A DNA stretch of 64,000 bases from Eledone cirrhosa. Taxonomy: Eukaryota. A program made the position numbers and the translations under genes. Positions 13,775-28,265 of the stretch are shown piece after piece (the stretch's first letter is position 1; each line of letters begins with the position of its first letter). The notes under the pieces were generated by a model that saw only the letters and a program-made list of their open reading frames with translations, had not been told where the DNA came from and searched no databases. The stretch is from NCBI GenBank assembly GCA_964016885.1, contig OZ024747.1, forward strand, positions 76,756,001-76,820,000, written 5' to 3'.

Positions 13775-13905
13775 GTAGTAGTAAATAACTTAGTGTAAAA
13801 GAAAAGTATATGCCATGACTCTCACAAACAGGTGAGATTTTGTCTTACCTGGAGCGACATGCTGTAATCAACTCTAATATTGGTCATTAGAAGAATATAT
13901 GTGAC

Positions 13906-14042
<137 letters not shown>

Positions 14043-14161
14043 CGCCAATAAAATGTAAACACACTTCAGGAAAAAATATATATATACATCATATTCAATT
14101 ATTCAACTGTATATTTTTTACATTAAGAAACTTCAACATGAAAATTCATCTTTTGTATGTT

Positions 14162-14197
<36 letters not shown>

Positions 14198-14201
<4 letters not shown>

Positions 14202-14473
14202 AAGTTTTATTTAAATTGTTGGCTTACAACGAGCAAATATTTATAACTGATATAAAAGCACTCAACAAGTATTTGGAGTATATTTACGATATTAAATCAA
14301 CTTTTTAAATGGAAGTTGAAGTGTAAGGTATGTCAAATCTATCTATTTATAAGACTGTTTATATTGTATTTTGTCTGATGAAGGCATACCATATTTTTAA
14401 TATGATATCCCTGAAATATATATAATGAAATAAATATGGTTTTATAAATATAGTTTCCATTTATTTAATATCG
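14198..14473. mobile_element. Short inverted remnant related to the large PLE (antisense terminal arm + sense HHR arm) in (TA)n
   Basis: 14198-14298 resembles 38641-38740; 14300-14473 resembles ~45975-46147. Confidence 0.85.
14367..14432 (+). ncRNA. Hammerhead ribozyme (same family as the large PLE)
   Basis: tattttgtCTGATGAaggcat...ccctGAAAtatatataatgaaata. Confidence 0.72.
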
Positions 14474-14501
14474 TATATATATATATATATATTTATATAT
14501 T

Positions 14502-14603
<102 letters not shown>

Positions 14604-14611
14604 CATAGAGA

Positions 14612-14684
<73 letters not shown>

Positions 14685-15466
14685 AGACAGAGAGGGTATT
14701 TAAACAAGTTAAATATTTATACAAGTTTTTTCTTTCCCTGAAGTACGTATACATCTTTTTGGCCGACTGTGATACATACATACATACATACATACATACA
14801 TACATACATACATACATACATACATACATACATACGTACATACATACATACATACATACATACATACATACATACATACGTACATACATACATACAGAAG
14901 ACATAGGTACATATATAATATATACACCACACATAGTTAAGTTTCATTCGTTTACATTTGACTTCAACTCTGTCAACGTATTACACTTATGTTACGCTGT
15001 GTTGTACTAAATATGTGTTCGTTCCTCAATAGATGTAATGTAGATCTACTTGATGCTTTATCTCCATTGTACAAGATTTCGACAAGGAATTGGTAAGTAT
15101 ACAATCTAAGCATATTCCATGTTATTTTGTATTTTTTAGGGAGGGTTGTCTCAAAGGTCTCCCACCACCACCACCACAACCACAACCACCACAACCACAA
15201 CCACAACCACCACCACCACCACTACAACCACCACCACCACAACCACGACCACCACCACCACCACCACCACTACCATCACCACCATCACACGCAATCTTCT
15301 CTTTCCTTCTTACATCATGTTCAAATATCAGATCCATTCTATAGAACTTAGTTTTACATCGTAAATTCTTGAATATACGCAAATGAAAAGCAAGGTAATG
15401 TTATTTACCAATACATGTCATTTACATAGATAGACACATAGATGTATATGTATGTTTATATATATA

Positions 15467-15503
<37 letters not shown>

Positions 15504-15549
15504 ATGTCTGTGTGGGATGTATGTATGAATGTATTTATAGATGGAAGAA

Positions 15550-15597
<48 letters not shown>

Positions 15598-16526
15598 CCC
15601 CCCACACACACACATATGCATATATATATATATACATTGAACTTACACACACATATATGCATGCATACGAATACTTATGCACTTAAAAATTACATGATTC
15701 AATAAGTATACATTAAAACCTAAAAATCAATACTGAACATTTAAAAAAAACAATTCATAGACATAACTATTACCGTTCACCATCAATTGCCTTTCCCTAC
15801 TCTCCCCTATTTTGAGGTTAGTTCTGTTGGCATCTTCGAATTTTGTGGTTTTCTTTTGGATTTAATGTTCTCTTCATTTTCTGTTCTTGTGTTCTCAACC
15901 TTCTTTTTCGCCTTCTACACACTATGTATTTGTTACTCCTAAAATGCTGTGGTTGGTACAGGCATCGCATCTTTCTAGAATTGATGCGATGTCAATATAT
16001 TGGCACCAAAATTCAATGCTATGGAAAGATTCGCAGAATATCTTCCAAGAACTGGTGCAAGTATAAGATTCATAACACATCTTCCAGGAATATATGCGAC
16101 GAAATGGAAAGCATGATAACTTAACTTCCAAAAAAGGATGCCATGATATGATTAGCATCATATCCTACAAGAATTGGGACTATTTTATGACAAGGTTAAC
16201 ATCACATCCTACAAGAATTGATACTATGACATACTTCACATCATATCTTGCAAGAAGTGAAGATATGACGATGTGATCACTGCATCTTCCAGGAACTGAT
16301 TCTATGACAAAATTTGGTACTACTTCTTCCAAGAATTGATGTTAAGACAATGTAAAATTGAGCTGCGATGCTACATTCTTGAATTTGTTACTCTCGAAAT
16401 GTTAAGTCGGCTATTTAAAATTTGTTACTCTTGAAAAAATGTTCATATTTACATGTATAGATCCCGTTAAGCGTGAAAGCAGCTTAAACTTTAATCTGTT
16501 ATTTTAATTAATAAATAAATAAATAA

Positions 16527-16664
<138 letters not shown>

Positions 16665-17041
16665 CTTCTAAAATTTCGATATTTTGTCTTTGAACTTTCC
16701 TACTATATTAAGTTTGAAACTAATATATCTCTTTATTGTATTCCATTGTCTATTGTGTTAACCTTTTGCATATATATATTTATATAACTTAGATAGTTTT
16801 TGGTTAGTATTGTCGGTCCAGGCCATGTCTAACTCGATACCACCTCCTAGCGAAGTCTTTCAAATTATGATTTGTACACCATGTAGAAAGTTCTTCTTTT
16901 CGGTGACATATTTAGGAATAAGGTGTTTATACGGTATTTCTTGGAGGAATTTGTCCAAAGACATTTTGAATTTTATGAGATGTGTTTCTGTTTTTCATGT
17001 TATGGTGTGATGTTAAAAAGAGCGGAAACGGTTGAGGTGAA

Positions 17042-17080
<39 letters not shown>

Positions 17081-17359
17081 CGTGTATGTGTGTGTGTGCA
17101 TACATACATCTATAAGAACACATTAACTATACAAAGGTTGCTAACAGGTCTAGAACACAAAGTATATGAGAGCCAGCGAGATAGCGTCTACGCCATCTCT
17201 CGGCTGCTAGAGGAAACTTCCTACAAATAACAAATTATTGCCTTAAATAAAAACAGAACATAAAGCATTTACCCATGAATAAACGGGATGGTCGTGGTTG
17301 AAAAGCCTTTAATCGACTATGAGGATGATGGTTATGATGATTATGATGAAGATGATGAT

Positions 17360-17547
17360 AATAATTGTTTCTACTTTTGGCACAAGGCCAGCAATTATCG
17401 CAGTGTATTACTGGTATTTTATTTTATCGACACCGTAAGTATGAAAGGCAAAGTTAACTTCGGTGGGATTTGAACTCGGACCATAAAGGGCCTTAACTCT
17501 TTGCTGAAAACCATGGCGTCCGACCCTCTACCGATTCTGCCAATCCA
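17360..17547 (-). mobile_element. SINE family A
   Basis: Similar to 6031-6223. Confidence 0.85.
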
Positions 17548-17732
17548 TGATAATAATGATGATGAAGATGATGATGATAATGATGGTGATGCTGGTGATG
17601 TCGACGACGACAAAGACGAAGACGAAGATGGCAGCGACGACAGTCAGGCTGGCGATGAAGACAGAAATGATTTCCTATTTCACCGACAACACCGGTAAGA
17701 TAACCAGACTTTTCTTCTTTCATTATCTTATA

Positions 17733-18250
17733 CTAGCAGAAAAAACATCCTTCGGGTGGTTTTCTGCTAGCATGTGTAGTGTGTATATTAATATTATACG
17801 CAAGTATATATGCATGTAGATATGATCAAATAAAATCGTAATTGACAATATACACAGAAATTTAACGAAAACTACCTTACACTCTCTTATGTAGTCAGTA
17901 ACGTAATCCATGATACATTAAAAAAGACGATATTATATATAAACTGCATTAGGGGAAAATTAGTGACAGAAATATATAAATATTTATTTAAACGATCACT
18001 AACCGGAAGTGTTGACATTTGAACATTTTAAAGAAGTGAATCTTTAAATAAGTAATAACATATATTTAATGAACAGACAATGTCTAGAGGACAATGCTTA
18101 CTGAACGTTTTTCCACTCACGAAATTTAGTGGATAAATTATGTAATATTCATTCATTATTTATTCAAATTAATCCAACTTATTTTACTAATGGGATGAAA
18201 AATTATAAACCGTACGCAGTCCCGCGCTCCTTACTTTATTATAGTTTAGA
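17733..18250 (-). mobile_element. Non-autonomous Helitron-type element
   Basis: Minus strand reads A|TC...CTAG|T with no TSD; subterminal hairpin 17733-17770 (ctagcagaaaa..ttttctgctag). Confidence 0.6.
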
Positions 18251-18489
18251 TACTACCGGATAAAAACCTTTTATCCGAGTTCCCAATAGTTTTAATGTTG
18301 ACATAATTCGCCACAAACGAAAAATTCCACAAAGCAAGTTGTTTCGTTCTTTTTCTGTTTTGGGCAAATACAGTCAATTATAAAACGCTATTTTTTTTAC
18401 AGGAAATTTGGATTTCACCACATGAAACCTATATGAGAGTATCGTGACTAACATAATTGCTTTATATATATGTTTACATAATTAGATTT

Positions 18490-18612
18490 TGGGAGAGGTA
18501 CTCTATATTTGTGGAGAAATACTCTATATTTCTGGAGAGATACTTTATATTTGTGGAGAGATACTCTATATTTCTAGAGAGATACTCTATATTTGTGGAC
18601 AGATACCCTATA
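18490..18612. repeat. 21-bp minisatellite (tatatttgtggagagatactc), ~6 copies
   Basis: Direct reading. Confidence 0.9.
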
Positions 18613-18682
18613 TCAATTAAACGTGTATATAATAACATTAATTTGTATCTTTTTGTTCGCTTTAAAAAAATTTTTAAATACA

Positions 18683-18767
<85 letters not shown>

Positions 18768-18881
18768 CGTTCCTTCACGCACAAGGCGCCAAGGTACGCA
18801 TGTACTCATCCCAGGAACAGTTTTTGATAGCGCTAGTTTGTGATTTAAATTCAGGAATTTTATATTCTTTGAATGAAAAGA

Positions 18882-18965
18882 ACCTTCTGACGAGAATCTT
18901 TCTTTGCAACGAAGGCCGTATGGTCTCCGTTTTATTTTTGGGATTCGAAACCGATCGGTAAAGGT
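18882..18965 (+). ncRNA. Hammerhead ribozyme with long stem II insert (element ~18761-19035 in (TA)n)
   Basis: ACCTT-CTGACGA-GAATCT...GGATTC-GAAAC cgatcg GTA-AAGGT; palindromic helix III ACCGATCGGT. Confidence 0.88.
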
Positions 18966-19032
18966 AACTATAGTAGGTAAAGTCAATTTTTTAAAATTTA
19001 TTTTGAAACTTTTTCATTATTTACTAAACCTT

Positions 19033-19098
<66 letters not shown>

Positions 19099-19180
19099 GT
19101 TATTCCGGGTTGAATCGGAGGTAACCACAGTAAGTAAGGTACTTAATACATAGCAGATTATAAAAGTGTTAATATAGATG

Positions 19181-19231
19181 AGATTCTACAGGACTAGAAC
19201 TGTTTCTTTCTTTAGAAATCATCAGGAATCT
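19181..19231 (-). ncRNA. Hammerhead ribozyme, same family as 3900 (element ~19098-19600)
   Basis: Reverse complement: AGATTC-CTGATGA-TTTC taaa GAAA-GAAACAG..CTGTA-GAATCT; all three helices pair; GUA cleavage site. Confidence 0.85.
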
Positions 19232-19669
19232 GGGTATCCAAAAATAAAAGTGGTTGCAGGTGGTAGGAGAGGGTGGGGAGTGGGATGGGTAGAGGTCATT
19301 GGTTGATAGAAAAGGGAATTCATTAAAAGCTAATTCTTTAAAGCTATAATTTATATTTAGAGTGACAAAGGCAGAAAGAATTCTATAAACAAGTTCAGAT
19401 TGGGGTGCCACTCCTTATTTTTAAGTTTCTCTTACGCTAACAATGCCTATATTTCAGGTGTCTATAAGATCGTTGGGGGTCGGTCATGGTTGAAGGATTT
19501 AAAGGAAAGGGAAATTCTTTAAAAGCTAATTCTTTAAAGTTCTACTTAGAGTGACAAAGGCCAAAAGAATTCTATAGACCAGTTCAAAATATTGGGTGTC
19601 TATCATATCATTATCTTCAAATTTCTCTTAAGCTATAATCCAGGTGTCAACAGACACATTCACAAACAT

Positions 19670-19706
<37 letters not shown>

Positions 19707-19942
19707 CATATGTATATATATATACACATATATATACATACACATACACATACACACACATATATATACATACACATACACATACACACACATATATATA
19801 TATATATATATACACACATACACATGTATATATATATATATATACATACATATACACACATACACATACATATACACATACATATATACATACATACACA
19901 CATATACACACATAGGTATATATACACATACACATACACATA

Positions 19943-20038
<96 letters not shown>

Positions 20039-20180
20039 TACATATATATATATACATATGCGATGAAATACCAATGATGGTTGGCAAAATCACTGATGAG
20101 GGACTAATTTTATAATATGTAATCCATGTGCAACCATGCAGTATTCTTCTTCCCCTTGTTTTTCATATATATATATATTC

Positions 20181-20211
<31 letters not shown>

Positions 20212-20293
20212 CATATATACACATATACACACACATACACATTTATATATACATACACACACATACACACATATATACACATATACGTATATG

Positions 20294-20480
20294 GTGGCTG
20301 CCAACTCGTTTTCGAGTACGGCCAATACTTTATATCCATGTATGAGAACCCCTACCGATGCGCTGAACGAGTGTGACTTTTTAGTCCAGTCAGCAACTTG
20401 AAAACTCTGGTACAAACACTGCACTTGTGACAATTATTGATACACAGTGCTGGGCCCATGGTATCATGTGACGACAAGTG
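20294..20480 (-). mobile_element. Second 3' fragment of the same RTE family
   Basis: Diverged reverse complement of ~31430-31617. Confidence 0.85.
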
Positions 20481-20679
20481 CAGAGAGATCTCCAGATATA
20501 AAGCAATGCCTGTGCCGTGGATCTTTTATAGTGAGTAAAGGAATTGCACAAAGCCAGTCCCACTCTCTTAACCAAGATGATATTTACCAAAAAGAAGAAC
20601 AAGTCAACATCATTGGATACCATCAGGGTTGCAGGTGTTATATCAGAGTTTTCCTTCTCCTAGAATTCTGCCTTGAACG

Positions 20680-20753
<74 letters not shown>

Positions 20754-20893
20754 TATATATGCATATTTATAAATATATATACATTTTAATGAATTCCCTT
20801 TTCTATCAACCAATGACCTCTACCCATCCCACTCCCCACCCTCTCCTACCACCTGAAAAGACCTATATATACCACTTTTAATTTTGGATACAC

Positions 20894-20944
20894 AGATTCC
20901 TGATGATTTCTAAAGAATGAAACAGTTCTAGTCCTGTAGAATCT
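20894..20944 (+). ncRNA. Hammerhead ribozyme, same family as 3900 (element ~20784-20960)
   Basis: AGATTC-CTGATGA-tttctaaagaat-GAAACAG..CTGTA-GAATCT. Confidence 0.8.
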
Positions 20945-20959
20945 CATCTATATTAAAAC

Positions 20960-20990
<31 letters not shown>

Positions 20991-21095
20991 ATATAGTTAC
21001 ATATATATATACATATGTATATATATATATACATGTATATATATATACATGTATATATATACATGTATATATATATACATATATGTATATGTGTA

Positions 21096-21227
<132 letters not shown>

Positions 21228-21231
21228 TTTA

Positions 21232-21653
21232 GAGTATATGTTGGTTGTATACCAACACCTCAGTATGCAGGCTGGAGCACTCGACGAAGTGCGCAGGTTG
21301 GTTTGGTTACTCCGGAGTAATGTAAAATAAAGTAAAATAAAAAGTCAAATGTTTAAAATTTAGCTTCGTTTATTACTGCTATATATATTTCGGTGACAGC
21401 CATCTTTGGCTGTGACCTCTTCAGGCAGTCCGAATTAGTGTGGTATAGACAAGTACATATGTTGTTGAGGTGTATAATTTTGTCAATTATTGACAAAATT
21501 ATACACCTCAACAACATATGTACTTGTCTATACCACACTAATTCGGACTGCCTGAAGAGGTCACAGCCAAAGATGGCTGTCACCGAAATATATATAGCAG
21601 TAATAAACGAAGCTAAATTTTAAACATTTGACTTTTTATTTTACTTTATTTTA
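21232..21653. mobile_element. Fold-back PLE remnant: perfect 331-bp palindrome (21323-21653, centre 21488) plus ~90-nt one-sided extension
   Basis: The same 76-aa translation on both strands reflects the palindrome; microsatellite flanks; one HHR per arm. Confidence 0.9.
21547..21601 (+). ncRNA. Hammerhead ribozyme (mirror copy 21375-21429, -)
   Basis: ACTGC-CTGAAGA-ggt.acagcca aaga tggctgt.acc-GAAA-tatatata-GCAGT. Confidence 0.88.
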
Positions 21654-21719
21654 TATATATATATGTGTGTGTGTGTGTATGTGTGTGTATATGTGTATAT
21701 ACGTATTTATATATATATA

Positions 21720-21862
<143 letters not shown>

Positions 21863-22039
21863 ATACAAACATAAATTATCGAGATTCGTATTTCGGCCCA
21901 CGAAATAACGAAAAACAACCTCCGAGATGTGAGGCAAGTGCTCAATGGTTCAGATGAACCAGAGCTATAACAAACGTTAAACGCCAAACACAATATATAT
22001 ATATATATAATTATATATATATATATATGTATATATGTA

Positions 22040-22116
<77 letters not shown>

Positions 22117-22741
22117 AGAGAGTGACGAGAGAGAGACGAGAGAGACATATATGTATATATAATACATGGTGTGTGTGTGCGTGTGTAATGTTTATAGTGA
22201 GACGGTTTAAGGTTTTAATATAAATAGCAAGTAATATTGTACATTTGGAAATGCCAGATTGAGATCTAAAATGAATGATAAGTCGTAGACGGGGGACAAA
22301 ATCTCAATTTAGGAAAAACGTTCAGTAAGCATTGTCCTCTAGACATTGTCTGGGACATATTGAAGCTGGGAATCTATTGCTTGAATCTCATCTAAGAGAA
22401 GGGTTTACAAAGATCAGATATACTACCTCTCCTCATCCTACACCTTCTCATGTCCAACGTATCAATAATGACGGTTTTTTCTTTCTTTTTGCTGTAATTT
22501 TTTAACTCCAAGTGAAACAGAACTTATTCTGACATAATACAATTCGCATTACAATATTGAAGGTGTCAGTCACTTCCTTGCCTTTTTTTATGACGATGGA
22601 GTAGGAATTCGGGGAAGATTTGGCTGTTATTTCTAACGGGTTAAGGTGATCCTTGATGATTAGAAATATTGTGTGTTTGTTTCTTTTGTTGTGTTTTATG
22701 TTGTTATTGTTTTTTTATATAGAAAAGTGTTTCTTTACTCC

Positions 22742-22948
22742 AATGGTGTTACTGTAACAGACGATACTGGTGTTACTGTAACAGACGATAATGGTGTTAC
22801 TGTAACAGACGATAATCTAATGGTGTTACTGTAACAGACGATAATCTAATGGTGCTACTGTAACAGACGATAATGGTGTTACTGTAACAGACGATACTGG
22901 TGTTACTGTAACAGACGATAATCCAATGGTGTTACTGTAACAGACGAG
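22742..22948. repeat. 24/29-bp minisatellite (tggtgttactgtaacagacgata..), 8 copies, with internal palindrome TGTTAC-T-GTAACA
   Basis: Direct reading. Confidence 0.92.
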
Positions 22949-23496
22949 AGCGTGTAAAGGTTATTGTCGATTTTGTTGTTGGGGAATTGGAAGTAAACCT
23001 GAATGAACTGTGTAAAATGAAAATAAATGTAAAAATAATAATAATAATATTAAATCAAATCAACTAAAATAATATAATATAATATAATATAAAATAAGGA
23101 GGAAGCATGGTTAGAGACTAGGATCGATGATAACAGGAAAACATTGGGTGAACATCTGAATATCTAAGTATTTTAGACAGAAAGGAGAAATGATGTGCAG
23201 CAAAAATGTCAAAGTACATGAAACAGGAAAGAAAATACTACTAATTCGCAAGCGTGATGAAAGAACTGAGAGAAGGGAAAGAGAACTGAAATAAGCAGAT
23301 TTCTGCCAAAATTAAATCGATACTGACAGAATGGCATGTTTAAGATTGAACGTAAGCAAGTCTGCTACAGAACAGAACAACAGATAAGGATTTCAACAGC
23401 AGAAGAAAATAATGCCAAGTGTAAGAAATGGATGCGATGGTTTATGTTGTTGTTTGTTTTGTATATTGTTCTCTAAAACCCAAGTCCAACAGGATC

Positions 23497-26180
23497 ACCA
23501 CAACACACACACGTAGTACAGCATGCTTGGAACAACACACACTTAGTTCAGCAGGTTCACTACAACACAAACACGTAGTACAGCAGGCCCACCACAACAC
23601 AAACATGTAGTACAGCAGGCCTACCACAACACAAACATATAGTACAGCAGACCCACCACAACACAAACACGTAGTACAGCAGGCCCACCACAACACAAAC
23701 ACGTAGTACAGCAGGCCCACCACAACACAAACACGTAGTACAGCAGGCCCACCACAACACAAACACGTAGTACAGCAGGCCCACCACAACACAAACACGT
23801 AGTACAGCAGGCCCACCACAACACAAACATGTAGTACAGCAGGCTCACTACAACACAAACACGTAGTACAGCAGGCCCACCACAACACAAACACGTAGTA
23901 CAGCAGGCCCACCACAACACAAACACGTAGTACAGCAGGCTCACTACAACACAAATACGTAGTACAGCAGGCCCACCACAACACAAACACGTAGTACAGC
24001 AGACCCACCACAACACAAACACGTAGTACAGCAGGCCCACCACAACACAAACACGTAGTACAGCAGGCCCACCACAACACAAACACGTAGTACAGCAGGC
24101 CCACCACAACACAAACACGTAGTACAGCAGGCCCACCACAACACAAACACGTAGTACAGCAGACCCACCACAACACAAACACGTAGTACAGCAGACCCAC
24201 CACAACACAAACACGTAGTACAGCAGGCTCACTACAACACAAACACGTAGTACAGCAGGCCCACCACAACACAAACACGTAGTACAGCAGACCCACCACA
24301 ACACAAACACGTAGTACAGCAGGCTCACTACAACACAGACACGTAGTACAGCAGGCCCACCACAACACAAACACGTAGTACAGCAGACCCACCACAACAC
24401 AAACACGTAGTACAGCAGGCTCACTACAACACAAACACGTAGTACAGCAGGCCCACCACAACGCAAACACGTAGTACAGCAGACCCACCACAACACAAAC
24501 ACGTAGTACAGCAGGCTCACTACAACACAAACACGTAGTACAGCAGGCCCACCACAACACAAACACGTAGTACAGCAGACCCACCACAACACAAACACGT
24601 AGTACAGCAGGCTCACTACAACACAGACACGTAGTACAGCAGGCCCACCACAACACAAACACGTAGTACAGCAGACCCACCACAACACAAACACGTAGTA
24701 CAGCAGGCTCACTACAACACAGACACGTAGTACAGCAGGCCCACCACAACACAAACACGTAGTACAGCAGACCCACCACAACACAAACACGTAGTAAAGC
24801 AGGCTCACTACAACACAAACACGTAGTACAGCAGGCCCACCACAACACAAACACGTAGTACAGCAGACCCACCACAACACAAACACGTAGTACAGCAGGC
24901 CCACCACAACACAAACACGTAGTACAGCAGACCCACCACAACACAAACACGTAGTATAGCAGGCCCACCACAACACACACACGTAGTATAGCAGACCCAC
25001 CACAACACAAACACGTAGTACAGCAGGCCCACCACAACACACACACGCAGTCCTGCAGGCCCACCACAACACACGTAGTACAGCAGGCCCACCACAGAAC
25101 ACACACGTAGTATAGCAGGCCCACCACAACACACACACGCAGTCCTGCAGGCCCACCACAACACACGTAGTACAGCAGGCCCACCACAGCACACACACGT
25201 AGTACAGCAGGCCCACCACAACACACACACGCAGTCCTGCAGGCCCACCACAACACACGTAGTACAGCAGGCCCACCACAACACACGTAGTACAGCAGGC
25301 CCACCACAACACACGTAGTACAGCAGGCCCACTACAACACACACACGTAGTATAGCAGGCCCACCACAACACACGTAGTACAGCAGGCCCACCACAGCAC
25401 ACACACGTAGTATAGCAGGCCCACCACAACACACGTAGTACAGCAAGCCCACCACAGCACACACACGTAGTATAGCAGACCCACCACAACACACGTAGTA
25501 CAGCAGGCCCACCACAACACAAACACGTAGTATAGCAGGCCCACCACAACACACACACGTAGTACAGCAGACCCACCACAACACAAACACGTAGTATAGC
25601 AGGCCCACCACAACACACACACGTAGTATAGCAGGCCCACCACAACACAAACACGTAGTATAGCAGGCCCACCACAACACACCTAGTTCAGCAGGCCCAC
25701 CACAACACACGTAGTACAGCAGGCCCACCACAACACACACACGCAGTCCTGCAGGCCCACCACAACACACGTAGTATAGCAGGCCCACCACAACACACGT
25801 AGTACAGCAAGCCCACCACAGCACACACACGTAGTATAGCAGACCCACCACAACACACGTAGTACAGCAGGCCCACCACAACACACACACGCAGTCCTGC
25901 AGGCCCACCACAACACACGTAGTATAGCATGCTTGGAACAACACACACACGCAGTCCTGCAGGCCCACCACAACACACGTAGTATAGCAGGCCCACCACA
26001 ACACACGTAGTTCAGCATGCTTGGAACAACACACGTAGTACAGCAGGCCCACCACAACACACACACGCAGTCCTGCAGGCCCACCACAACACACGTAGTA
26101 CAGCAGGCCCACCACAACACACGTAGTACAGCAGGCCCACCACAACACACGTAGTACAGCATGCTTGGAACAACACACAC
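23497..26180. repeat. 32/28-bp minisatellite (acaacacaaacacgtagtacagcaggcccacc), ~85 copies
   Basis: Direct reading; accounts for the repetitive 'WWACCTT' ORFs. Confidence 0.97.
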
Positions 26181-26326
26181 ATTGTCCAGCAGACTCCTCA
26201 CCACCACATACACGCCAAGGGCTGAAGTACCTCTTTCCGGTTTTCAAAACAACATATTCTAAAACAATATGCTTATAAACAAGCTTCGATTTTCACGAAA
26301 ATGTTCATTCTCTCTCTGTCTCCCTG

Positions 26327-26417
<91 letters not shown>

Positions 26418-27754
26418 GTGTGCCCGTGCCTATGTTAGCATTTATGTCTCTGTTTATATGTGTATGTCCTGTAGCTTATCGATTCCAGAAAGACCAAATG
26501 TGATACATGTACTAGCCTTGAATAAAAACGTTTTGGGATCAATATGATCGACTAAATCGAGACTGTGTCTCAACATGATCGAAGTTCAATGACTGAAACC
26601 AGTGAGGATAAAATAATGAAGTCATATCTTTTGTTTCTCGAATTAAACACTGAACTGTGAATACTTTGCTATTTAAAATCATATTTTTCATATTTCTTCT
26701 CTATATATTCTATTCTCTTTAAGTTAAAATTGCTTTCTTTGTGATATTTCCATCAACAATGTTACAAAAAATATGTCCTATACTTAGAATGTTCTCTTCT
26801 GCCAAACTCAAATGAGCTCTCATGCTGCAGGAACAGATGAGCGAGATTCCAGCTTTGCTCGCAGCCAATTTTATAGAGGATGCTTAAGAGTTAGAAACAG
26901 CCGCCCATCCAAAAGTATAAAATATTTTTATTTTTGCTCTTACTGGTTTAAACCAAAATATGTAATCCGAGGCACTGTCATGATATTGTTCAAAATTCCT
27001 AAAGCTATGATGAGTAGAGATTTAATAATATATAAGCTGTGATTCATCGCACATCTTAATATCATTTATTCAACGATACATGTATTGCTCCTGGCTAGTT
27101 CTAATATTTGGATGTGTGGTTTTCCTCTGTGTACTCCAGTTTCAACAGCTTACAAGAATAATTGTATTTCCAAGGGTGATTTGCCTCCCAACAATCCGGT
27201 TTCTATTCATTTTCAAAAGTTTCTAAAGATTTTCAAGAAAAAAGATGAAATATTTCTCACTAATAGTTCCAAAGATATTAGAGTCGTTTTCACTTTCACA
27301 TCTTGTTATTTAACACTCACAAACTTACTATGATGTTTACACTACTAAATTATGAAATATACTAATCTTACTGAACTTGTGTATGTAACACAGTGCATCA
27401 GGCCCCGGACTGATATAAACGCTTTGGAAAACAATTTCATTTCTTACATGGGACCCAATCGAGTTTTGTTAAACCAATTATATCTTCAGAAAGAACAATT
27501 GTGTTATATTTTTACAACTAGTTTTCAGGATGGGCAACACCAGATATTCTGTTAGGACTACTTTCTTTTCTTTGAAACCCCGTAACTCCCGAGGGCGTCT
27601 TAGAGGCACCGTATTGACATACGGGTTTTGTAGGGCATTGTTTTAAAACCTGGTGGAACCAATCTCCTCTCCAAGTCTGAATACAGCAGATTTCTTCCCG
27701 AGAAGGAGAGTGAGTGAGAGAATGAAAATGAGAAAGAGATGTGGACGAAGAATT

Positions 27755-27905
27755 GACCCAGTACTTCACTGGTACTTTTTTCATTGACCCCGAATGGATG
27801 AAAGGCAAAGTTGACTGCGGCGAGATTTGAACTCAGAAAGCAGAAAGCTGTAAAGAATACCGCAAAACAATCTGACGTTCTTACGACTCTGCCATTTCTC
27901 CGCCT
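27755..27905 (-). mobile_element. SINE family A, divergent subfamily (head ggcggagaaatggcag)
   Basis: Shares B box and core; different head and tail. Confidence 0.75.
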
Positions 27906-28265
27906 ACCATAAATCATTGGTCATGTGATAATTATCTGCAATATCTAAAGCATTATACGACAATAATGGAGTCTACAAATATCAGAGAATATGGTGAAGC
28001 CATAAAATTTGTGTCAGCTCAATAGTCAATGACGTCATAGCGAAATCATATTCTTAATATATTAATCTAATTAGTGTATGGAGTCACAAGCAATTTTAGT
28101 ATATATAGATGCAACAATATGCTATGATATTAATGGAATAAACAATGATACTTCCCTTTAGGTGTCATAATCAGAAATTTCTTAAATACAATATCGTACG
28201 ACCCATCAAGCCATTCATTTTCTTTATGAATCCGTCCTATAACGGAGATGGCTGACGTTATTAGT

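Noticed and set aside
22742-22948. CRISPR-like palindromic repeats
   Set aside because: No unique spacers, no cas genes, eukaryotic context.
23442-26247. Long Cys/Val-rich ORFs in several frames
   Set aside because: Artefacts of the 32/28-bp minisatellite.
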